A stretch of 64,000 bases of DNA, from contig OZ059900.1 in the NCBI GenBank assembly GCA_964057225.1, forward strand, positions 13,020,001 through 13,084,000. Reading direction: 5' to 3'. Numbering within the stretch: the stretch's first letter is position 1; the number at the start of each line of letters is the position of its first letter. Below, piece after piece: positions 52,901 to 64,000 of the stretch. Under the pieces are notes generated by a model. It was not told where the DNA came from, did not search any database, and was given only the letters and a program-made list of their open reading frames with translations. A program made the translations under genes and the position numbers. This stretch comes from Auanema rhodensis. Its lineage: Eukaryota; Animalia; Nematoda.

Positions 52901-55900
52901 CAAATCTATTCAGGAAACTTATGAACTGTTCTAGCCTATCGCCGTATAAGTGATCAGTGTACAAAGCTATACAAAGCTTTATCCAGTCAAACTATAATGT
53001 AAAAGACGCGTCATGTTCATATTCAAATTTGTTTTGCTTTGGCATCTATAGGGTCATATAATCATACTAAGGCAGACAGTTTTCAATATTGCACACTCAT
53101 GGTGTGCTTTCCAAAATGTATTTCCAACTCAGAAGTTCTCTGGTTAGATTGAGATACTACCTCTAACTTGGGTAATTAAACCAAATCTATTCAGGAAACT
53201 TATGAACTGTTCTAGCCTATCGCCGTATAAGTGATCAGTGTACAAAGCTATACAAAGCTTTATCCAGTCAAACTATAATGTAAAAGACGCGTCATGTTCA
53301 TATTCAAATTTGTTTTGCTTTGGCATCTATAGGGTCATATAATCATACTAAGGCAGACAGTTTTCAATATTGCACACTCATGGTGTGCTTTCCAAAATGT
53401 ATTTCCAACTCAGAAGTTCTCTGGTTAGATTGAGATACTACCTTTAACTTGGGTAATTAAACCAAATCTATTCAAGAAACTTATGAACTGTTCTAGCCTA
53501 TCGCCGTATAAGTGATCAGTGTACAAAGCTATACAAAGCTTTATCCGGTCAAACTATAATGTAAAAGACGCGTCATGTTCATATTCAAATTTGTTTTGCT
53601 TTGGCATCTATAGGGTCATATAATCATACTAAGGCAGACAGTTTTCAATATTGCACACTCATGGTGTGCTTTCCAAAATGTATTTCCAACTCAGAAGTTC
53701 TCTGGTTAGATTGAGATACTACCTCTAACTTTGGTAATTAAACCAAATCTATTCAGGAAACTTATGAACTGTTCTAGCCTATCGCCGTATAAGTGATCAG
53801 TGTACAAAGCTATACAAAGCTATACAAAGCTTTATCCGGTCAAACTATAATGTAAAAGACGCGTCATGTTCATATTCAAATTTGTTTTGCTTTGGCATCT
53901 ATAGGGTCATATAATCATACTAAGGCAGACAGTTTTCAATATTGCACACTCATGGTGTGCTTTCCAAAATGTATTTCCAACTCAGAAGTTCTCTGGTTAG
54001 ATTGAGATACTACCTCTAACTTGGGTAATTAAACCAAATCTATTCAGGAAACTTATGAACTGTTCTAGCCTATCGCCGTATAAGTGATCAGTGTACAAAG
54101 CTATACAAAGCTATACAAAGCTTTATCCGGTCAAACTATAATGTAAAAGACGCGTCATGTTCATATTCAAATTTGTTTTGCTTTGGCATCTATAGGGTCA
54201 TATAATCATACTAAGGCAGACAGTTTTCAATATTGCACACTCATGGTGTGCTTTCCAAAATGTATTTCCAACTCAGAAGTTCTCTGGTTAGATTGAGATA
54301 CTACCTCTAACTTGGGTAATTAAACCAAATCTATTCAGGAAACTTATGAACTGTTCTAGCCTATCGCCGTATAAGTGATCAGTGTACAAAGCTATACAAA
54401 GCTATACAAAGCTTTATCCGGTCAAACTATAATGTAAAAGACGCGTCATGTTCATATTCAAATTTGTTTTGCTTTGGCATCTATAGGGTCATATAATCAT
54501 ACTAAGGCAGACAGTTTTCAATATTGCACACTCATGGTGTGCTTTCCAAAATGTATTTCCAACTCAGAAGTTCTCTGGTTAGATTAAGATACTACCTCTA
54601 ACTTGGGTAATTAAACCAAATCTATTCAGGAAACTTATGAACTGTTCTAGCCTATCGCCGTATAAGTGATCAGTGTACAAAGCTATACAAAGCTTTATCC
54701 AGTCAAACTATAATGTAAAAGACGCGTCATGTTCATATTCAAATTTGTTTTGCTTTGGCATCTATAGGGTCATATAATCATACTAAGGCAGACAGTTTTC
54801 AATATTGCACACTCATGGTGTGCTTTCCAAAATGTATTTCCAACTCAGAAGTTCTCTGGTTAGATTGGGATACTACCTCTAACTTGGGTAATTAAACCAA
54901 ATCTATTCAGGAAACTTATGAACTGTTCTAGCCTATCGCCGTATAAGTGATCAGTGTACAAAGCTATACAAAGCTATACAAAGCTTTATCCGGTCAAACT
55001 ATAATGTAAAAGACGCGTCATGTTCATATTCAAATTTGTTTTGCTTTGGCATCTATAGGGTCATATAATCATACTAAGGCAGACAGTTTTCAATATTGCA
55101 CACTCATGGTGTGCTTTCCAAAATGTATTTCCAACTCAGAAGTTCTCTGGTTAGATTGAGATACTACCTCTAACTTGGGTAATTAAACCAAATCTATTCA
55201 GGAAACTTATGAACTGTTCTAGCCTATCGCCGTATAAGTGATCAGTGTACAAAGCTATACAAAGCTATACAAAGCTTTATCCGGTCAAACTATAATGTAA
55301 AAGACGCGTCATGTTCATATTCAAATTTGTTTTGCTTTGGCATCTATAGGGTCATATAATCATACTAAGGCAGACAGTTTTCAATATTGCACACTCATGG
55401 TGTGCTTTCCAAAATGTATTTCCAACTCAGAAGTTCTCTGGTTAGATTGAGATACTACCTCTAACTTGGGTAATTAAACCAAATCTATTCAGGAAACTTA
55501 TGAACTGTTCTAGCCTATCGCCGTATATGTGATCAGTGTACAAAGCTATACAAAGCTTTATCCGGTCAAACTATAATGTAAAAGACGCGTCATGTTCATA
55601 TTCAAATTTGTTTTGCTTTGGCATCTATAGGGTCATATAATCATACTAAGGCAGACAGTTTTCAATATTGCACACTCATGGTGTGCTTTCCAAAATGTAT
55701 TTCCAACTCAGAAGTTCTCTGGTTAGATTGAGATACTACCTCTAACTTTGGTAATTAAACCAAATCTATTCAGGAAACTTATGAACTGTTCTAGCCTATC
55801 GCCGTATAAGTGATCAGTGTACAAAGCTATACAAAGCTATACAAAGCTTTATCCGGTCAAACTATAATGTAAAAGACGCGTCATGTTCATATTCAAATTT

Positions 55901-58900
55901 GTTTTGCTTTGGCATCTATAGGGTCATATAATCATACTAAGGCAGACAGTTTTCAATATTGCACACTCATGGTGTGCTTTCCAAAATGTATTTCCAACTC
56001 AGAAGTTCTCTGGTTAGATTGAGATACTACCTCTAACTTGGGTAATTAAACCAAATCTATTCAGGAAACTTATGAACTGTTCTAGCCTATCGCCGTATAA
56101 GTGATCAGTGTACAAAGCTATACAAAGCTATACAAAGCTTTATCCGGTCAAACTATAATGTAAAAGACGCGTCATGTTCATATTCAAATTTGTTTTGCTT
56201 TGGCATCTATAGGGTCATATAATCATACTAAGGCAGACAGTTTTCAATATTGCACACTCATGGTGTGCTTTCCAAAATGTATTTCCAACTCAGAAGTTCT
56301 CTGGTTAGATTGAGATACTACCTCTAACTTTGGTAATTAAACCATATCTATTCAGGAAACTTATGAACTGTTCTAGCCTATCGCCGTATATGTGATCAGT
56401 GTACAAAGCTATACAAAGCTTTATCCGGTCAAACTATAATGTAAAAGACGCGTCATATTCATATTCAAATTTGTTTTGCTTTGGCATCTATAGGGTCATA
56501 TAATCATACTAAGGCAGACAGTTTTCAATATTGCACACTCATGGTGTGCTTTCCAAAATGTATTTCCAACTCAGAAGTTCTCTGGTTAGATTGAGATACT
56601 ACCTCTAACTTTGGTAATTAAACCAAATCTATTCAGGAAACTTATGAACTGTTATAGCCTATCGCCGTATAAGTGATCAGTGTACAAAGCTATACAAAGC
56701 TTTATCCGGTCAAACTATAATGTAAAAGACGCGTCATGTTCATATTCAAATTTGTTTTGCTTTGGCATCTATAGGGTCATATAATCATACTAAGGCAGAC
56801 AGTTTTCAATATTGCACACTCATGGTGTGCTTTCCAAAATGTATTTCCAACTCAGAAGTTCTCTGGTTAGATTGAGATACTACCTCTAACTTTGGTAATT
56901 AAACCAAATCTATTCAGGAAACTTATGAACTGTTCTAGCCTATCGCCGTATAAGTGATCAGTGTACAAAGCTATACAAAGCTATACAAAGCTTTATCCGG
57001 TCAAACTATAATGTAAAAGACGCGTCATGTTCATATTCAAATTTGTTTTGCTTTGGCATCTATAGGGTCATATAATCATACTAAGGCAGACAGTTTTCAA
57101 TATTGCACACTCATGGTGTGCTTTCCAAAATGTATTTCCAACTCAGAAGTTCTCTGGTTAGATTGAGATACTACCTCTAACTTGGGTAATTAAACCAAAT
57201 CTATTCAGGAAACTTATGAACTGTTCTAGCCTATCGCCGTATAAGTGATCAGTGTACAAAGCTATACAAAGCTTTATCCAGTCAAACTATAATGTAAAAG
57301 ACGCGTCATGTTCATATTCAAATTTGTTTTGCTTTGGCATCTATAGGGTCATATAATCATACTAAGGCAGACAGTTTTCAATATTGCACACTCATGGTGT
57401 GCTTTCCAAAATGTATTTCCAACTCAGAAGTTCTCTGGTTAGATTGAGATACTACCTCTAACTTGGGTAATTAAACCAAATCTATTCAGGAAACTTATGA
57501 ACTGTTCTAGCCTATCGCCGTATAAGTGATCAGTGTACAAAGCTTTACAAAGCTTTATCCAGTCAAACTATAATGTAAAAGACGCGTCATGTTCATATTC
57601 AAATTTGTTTTGCTTTGGCATCTATAGGGTCATATAATCATACTAAGGCAGACAGTTTTCAATATTGCACACTCATGGTGTGCTTTCCAAAATGTATTTC
57701 CAACTCAGAAGTTCTCTGGTTAGATTGAGATACTACCTCTAACTTGGGTAATTAAACCAAATCTATTCAGGAAACTTATGAACTGTTCTAGCCTATCGCC
57801 GTATAAGTGATCAGTGTACAAAGCTATACAAAGCTTTATCCAGTCAAACTATAATGTAAAAGACGCGTCATGTTCATATTCAAATTTGTTTTGCTTTGGC
57901 ATCTATAGGGTCATATAATCATACTAAGGCAGACAGTTTTCAATATTGCACACTCATGGTGTGCTTTCCAAAATGTATTTCCAACTCAGAAGTTCTCTGG
58001 TTAGATTGAGATACTACCTTTAACTTGGGTAATTAAACCAAATCTATTCAAGAAACTTATGAACTGTTCTAGCCTATCGCCGTATAAGTGATCAGTGTAC
58101 AAAGCTATACAAAGCTTTATCCGGTCAAACTATAATGTAAAAGACGCGTCATGTTCATATTCAAATTTGTTTTGCTTTGGCATCTATAGGGTCATATAAT
58201 CATACTAAGGCAGACAGTTTTCAATATTGCACACTCATGGTGTGCTTTCCAAAATGTATTTCCAACTCAGAAGTTCTCTGGTTAGATTGAGATACTACCT
58301 CTAACTTTGGTAATTAAACCAAATCTATTCAGGAAACTTATGAACTGTTCTAGCCTATCGCCGTATAAGTGATCAGTGTACAAAGCTATACAAAGCTATA
58401 CAAAGCTTTATCCGGTCAAACTATAATGTAAAAGACGCGTGATGTTCATATTCAAATTTGTTTTGCTTTGGCATCTATAGGGTCATATAATCATACTAAG
58501 GCAGACAGTTTTCAATATTGCACACTCATGGTGTGCTTTCCAAAATGTATTTCCAACTCAGAAGTTCTCTGGTTAGATTGAGATACTACCTCTAACTTGG
58601 GTAATTAAACCAAATCTATTCAGGAAACTTATGAACTGTTCTAGCCTATCGCCGTATAAGTGATCAGTGTACAAAGCTATACAAAGCTATACAAAGCTTT
58701 ATCCGGTCAAACTATAATGTAAAAGACGCGTCATGTTCATATTCAAATTTGTTTTGCTTTGGCATCTATAGGGTCATATAATCATACTAAGGCAGACAGT
58801 TTTCAATATTGCACACTCATGGTGTGCTTTCCAAAATGTATTTCCAACTCAGAAGTTCTCTGGTTAGATTGAGATACTACCTCTAACTTGGGTAATTAAA

Positions 58901-61900
58901 CCAAATCTATTCAGGAAACTTATGAACTGTTCTAGCCTATCGCCGTATAAGTGATCAGTGTACAAAGCTATACAAAGCTATACAAAGCTTTATCCGGTCA
59001 AACTATAATGTAAAAGACGCGTCATGTTCATATTCAAATTTGTTTTGCTTTGGCATCTATAGGGTCATATAATCATACTAAGGCAGACAGTTTTCAATAT
59101 TGCACACTCATGGTGTGCTTTCCAAAATGTATTTCCAACTCAGAAGTTCTCTGGTTAGATTGAGATACTACCTCTAACTTGGGTAATTAAACCAAATCTA
59201 TTCAGGAAACTTATGAACTGTTCTAGCCTATCGCCGTATAAGTGATCAGTGTACAAAGCTATACAAAGCTATACAAAGCTTTATCCGGTCAAACTATAAT
59301 GTAAAAGACGCGTCATGTTCATATTCAAATTTGTTTTGCTTTGGCATCTATAGGGTCATATAATCATACTAAGGCAGACAGTTTTCAATATTGCACACTC
59401 ATGGTGTGCTTTCCAAAATGTATTTCCAACTCAGAAGTTCTCTGGTTAGATTGAGATACTACCTCTAACTTGGGTAATTAAACCAAATCTATTCAGGAAA
59501 CTTATGAACTGTTCTAGCCTATCGCCGTATAAGTGATCAGTGTACAAAGCTATACAAAGCTATACAAAGCTTTATCCGGTCAAACTATAATGTAAAAGAC
59601 GCGTCATGTTCATATTCAAATTTGTTTTGCTTTGGCATCTATAGGGTCATATAATCATACTAAGGCAGACAGTTTTCAATATTGCACAGTCATGGTGTGC
59701 TTTCCAAAATGTATTTCCAACTCAGAAGTTCTCTGGTTAGATTGAGATACTACCTCTAACTTGAGTAATTAAACCAAATCTATTCAGGAAACTTATGAAC
59801 TGTTCTAGCCTATCGCCGTATATGTGATCAGTGTACAAAGCTATACAAAGCTTTATCCAGTCAAACTATAATGTAAAAGACGCGTCATGTTCATATTCAA
59901 ATTTGTTTTGCTTTGGCATCTATAGGGTCATATAATCATACTAAGGCAGACAGTTTTCAATATTGCACACTCATGGTGTGCTTTCCAAAATGTATTTCCA
60001 ACTCAGAAGTTCTCTGGTTAGATTGAGATACTACCTCTAACTTGGGTAATTAAACCAAATCTATTCAGGAAACTTATGAACTGTTCTAGCCTATCGCCGT
60101 ATAAGTGATCAGTGTACAAAGCTATACAAAGCTATACAAAGCTTTATCCGGTCAAACTATAATGTAAAAGACGCGTCATGTTCATATTCAAATTTGTTTT
60201 GCTTTGGCATCTATAGGGTCATATAATCATACTAAGGCAGACAGTTTTCAATATTGCACACTCATGGTGTGCTTTCCAAAATGTATTTCCAACTCAGAAG
60301 TTCTCTGGTTAGATTGAGATACTACCTCTAACTTGGGTAATTAAACCAAATCTATTCAGGAAACTTATGAACTGTTCTAGCCTATCGCCGTATAAGTGAT
60401 CAGTGTACAAAGCTATACAAAGCTATACAAAGCTTTATCCGGTCAAACTATAATGTAAAAGACGCGTCATGTTCATATTCAAATTTGTTTTGCTTTGGCA
60501 TCTATAGGGTCATATAATCATACTAAGGCAGACAGTTTTCAATATTGCACACTCATGGTGTGCTTTCCAAAATGTATTTCCAACTCAGAAGTTCTCTGGT
60601 TAGATTGAGATACTACCTCTAACTTGGGTAATTAAACCAAATCTATTCAGGAAACTTATGAACTGTTCTAGCCTATCGCCGTATAAGTGATCAGTGTACA
60701 AAGCTATACAAAGCTATACAAAGCTTTATCCGGTCAAACTATAATGTAAAAGACGCGTCATGTTCATGATCAAATTCATATTGCTTAATCATCTATAGGG
60801 TCATATAATCATACTAAGGCAGACAGTTTTCAATATTGCACACTCATGGTGTGCTTTCCAAAATGTATTTCCAACTCAGAAGTTCTCTGGTTAGATTGAG
60901 ATACTACCTCTAACTTTGGGTAATTAAACCAAATCTATTCAGGAATCTTATGAACTGTTCTAGCCTATCGCCGTATAAGTGATCAGTGTACAAAGCTATA
61001 CAAAGCTATACAAAGCTTTATCCGGTCAAACTATAATGTAAAAGACGCGTCATGTTCATATTCAAATTTGTTTTGCTTTGGCATCTATAGGGTCATATAA
61101 TCATACTAAGGCAGACAGTTTTCAATATTGCACACTCATGGTGTGCTTTCCAAAATGTATTTCCAACTCAGAAGTTCTCTGGTTAGATTGAGATACTACC
61201 TCTAACTTGGGTAATTAAACCAAATCTATTCAGGAAACTTATGAACTGTTCTAGCCTATCGCCGTATAAGTGATCAGTGTACAAAGCTATACAAAGCTAT
61301 ACAAAGCTTTATCCGGTCAAACTATAATGTAAAAGACGCGTCATGTTCATATTCAAATTTGTTTTGCTTTGGCATCTATAGGGTCATATAATCATACTAA
61401 GGCAGACAGTTTTCAATATTGCACACTCATGGTGTGCTTTCCAAAATGTATTTCCAACTCAGAAGTTCTCTGGTTAGATTGAGATACTACCTCTAACTTG
61501 GGTAATTAAACCAAATCTATTCAGGAAACTTATGAACTGTTCTAGCCTATCGCCGTATAAGTGATCAGTGTACAAAGCTATACAAAGCTATACAAAGCTT
61601 TATCCGGTCAAACTATAATGTAAAAGACGCGTCATGTTCATATTCAAATTTGTTTTGCTTTGGCATCTATAGGGTCATATAATCATACTAAGGCAGACAG
61701 TTTTCAATATTGCACACTCATGGTGTGCTTTCCAAAATGTATTTCCAACTCAGAAGTTCTCTGGTTAGATTGAGATACTACCTCTAACTTGGGTAATTAA
61801 ACCAAATCTATTCAGGAAACTTATGAACTGTTCTAGCCTATCGCCGTATAAGTGATCAGTGTACAAAGCTATACAAAGCTATACAAAGCTTTATCCGGTC

Positions 61901-64000
61901 AAACTATAATGTAAAAGACGCGTCATGTTCATGATCAAATTCATATTGCTTAATCATCTATAGGGTCATATAATCATACTAAGGCAGACAGTTTTCAATA
62001 TTGCACACTCATGGTGTGCTTTCCAAAATGTATTTCCAACTCAGAAGTTCTCTGGTTAGATTGAGATACTACCTCTAACTTTGGGTAATTAAACCAAATC
62101 TATTCAGGAATCTTATGAACTGTTCTAGCCTATCGCCGTATAAGTGATCAGTGTACAAAGCTATACAAAGCTATACAAAGCTTTATCCGGTCAAACTATA
62201 ATGTAAAAGACGCGTCATGTTCATATTCAAATTTGTTTTGCTTTGGCATCTATAGGGTCATATAATCATACTAAGGCAGACAGTTTTCAATATTGCACAC
62301 TCATGGTGTGCTTTCCAAAATGTATTTCCAACTCAGAAGTTCTCTGGTTAGATTGAGATACTACCTCTAACTTGGGTAATTAAACCAAATCTATTCAGGA
62401 AACTTATGAACTGTTCTAGCCTATCGCCGTATAAGTGATCAGTGTACAAAGCTATACAAAGCTATACAAAGCTTTATCCGGTCAAACTATAATGTAAAAG
62501 ACGCGTCATGTTCATATTCAAATTTGTTTTGCTTTGGCATCTATAGGGTCATATAATCATACTAAGGCAGACAGTTTTCAATATTGCACACTCATGGTGT
62601 GCTTTCCAAAATGTATTTCCAACTCAGAAGTTCTCTGGTTAGATTGAGATACTACCTCTAACTTGGGTAATTAAACCAAATCTATTCAGGAAACTTATGA
62701 ACTGTTCTAGCCTATCGCCGTATAAGTGATCAGTGTACAAAGCTATACAAAGCTATACAAAGCTTTATCCGGTCAAACTATAATGTAAAAGACGCGTCAT
62801 GTTCATATTCAAATTTGTTTTGCTTTGGCATCTATAGGGTCATATAATCATACTAAGGCAGACAGTTTTCAATATTGCACACTCATGGTGTGCTTTCCAA
62901 AATGTATTTCCAACTCAGAAGTTCTCTGGTTAGATTGAGATACTACCTCTAACTTGGGTAATTAAACCAAATCTATTCAGGAAACTTATGAACTGTTCTA
63001 GCCTATCGCCGTATAAGTGATCAGTGTACAAAGCTATACAAAGCTATACAAAGCTTTATCCGGTCAAACTATAATGTAAAAGACGCGTCATGTTCATATT
63101 CAAATTTGTTTTGCTTTGGCATCTATAGGGTCATATAATCATACTAAGGCAGACAGTTTTCAATATTGCACACTCATGGTGTGCTTTCCAAAATGTATTT
63201 CCAACTCAGAAGTTCTCTGGTTAGATTGAGATACTACCTCTAACTTGGGTAATTAAACCAAATCTATTCAGGAAACTTATGAACTGTTCTAGCCTATCGC
63301 CGTATAAGTGATCAGTGTACAAAGCTATACAAAGCTATACAAAGCTTTATCCGGTCAAACTATAATGTAAAAGACGCGTCATGTTCATATTCAAATTTGT
63401 TTTGCTTTGGCATCTATAGGGTCATATAATCATACTAAGGCAGACAGTTTTCAATATTGCACACTCATGGTGTGCTTTCCAAAATGTATTTCCAACTCAG
63501 AAGTTCTCTGGTTAGATTGAGATACTACCTCTAACTTGGGTAATTAAACCAAATCTATTCAGGAAACTTATGAACTGTTCTAGCCTATCGCCGTATAAGT
63601 GATCAGTGTACAAAGCTATACAAAGCTATACAAAGCTTTATCCGGTCAAACTATAATGTAAAAGACGCGTCATGTTCATATTCAAATTTGTTTTGCTTTG
63701 GCATCTATAGGGTCATATAATCATACTAAGGCAGACAGTTTTCAATATTGCACACTCATGGTGTGCTTTCCAAAATGTATTTCCAACTCAGAAGTTCTCT
63801 GGTTAGATTGAGATACTACCTCTAACTTGGGTAATTAAACCAAATCTATTCAGGAAACTTATGAACTGTTCTAGCCTATCGCCGTATAAGTGATCAGTGT
63901 ACAAAGCTATACAAAGCTATACAAAGCTTTATCCGGTCAAACTATAATGTAAAAGACGCGTCATGTTCATATTCAAATTTGTTTTGCTTTGGCATCTATA
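34914..64000. repeat. Tandem satellite array, 281/291-bp monomer, right arm (~102 monomers)
   Basis: Same monomer and orientation as the left arm, resuming in exact register after the insertion (CGCC|GTATAAGTGATCAG). Many monomers carry an extra TACAAAGCTA (291 bp), and nearly all do after ~58.2 kb. The array runs off the right edge. Confidence 0.99.

Noticed and set aside
1-64000. CRISPR array or tandem RNA-gene (5S, tRNA, snRNA, SL) cluster
   Set aside because: There are no unique spacers, and I see no 5S, tRNA A/B-box, Sm-site or spliced-leader sequence in the monomer. An Rfam search would be the formal test.

Overview
This window is eukaryotic-type satellite DNA with no intact host gene. 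It is one head-to-tail array of an AT-rich 281-bp monomer (roughly 215 copies, very homogeneous), interrupted once by a 3,293-bp LTR retroelement (31621-34913). The element has two 337-bp LTRs that are identical by eye, a 4-bp target-site duplication (CGCC), a tRNA-Gln-type primer-binding site directly against the 5' LTR, and a GAGGAC hairpin plus a weak polypurine tract before the 3' LTR. Its LTRs end in CG...CG (CGTTCC...GGAACG) instead of the canonical TG...CA. It encodes no recognisable protease, RT, RNase H or integrase core. It keeps only what looks like a Gag N-terminal stub joined out of frame to the last ~80 codons of a Ty3/Gypsy-type integrase, so it is probably a recently mobilised non-autonomous deletion derivative. 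The satellite records its own history: zones of diagnostic variants, block duplications at 4/6/7/8/9/14/16-monomer offsets, a more diverged zone at 45-50 kb, a 291-bp (+10 bp) variant dominating the right end, and an 8-substitution patch present twice. The host organism and any centromeric function cannot be established from the sequence alone. All comparisons were made by eye.
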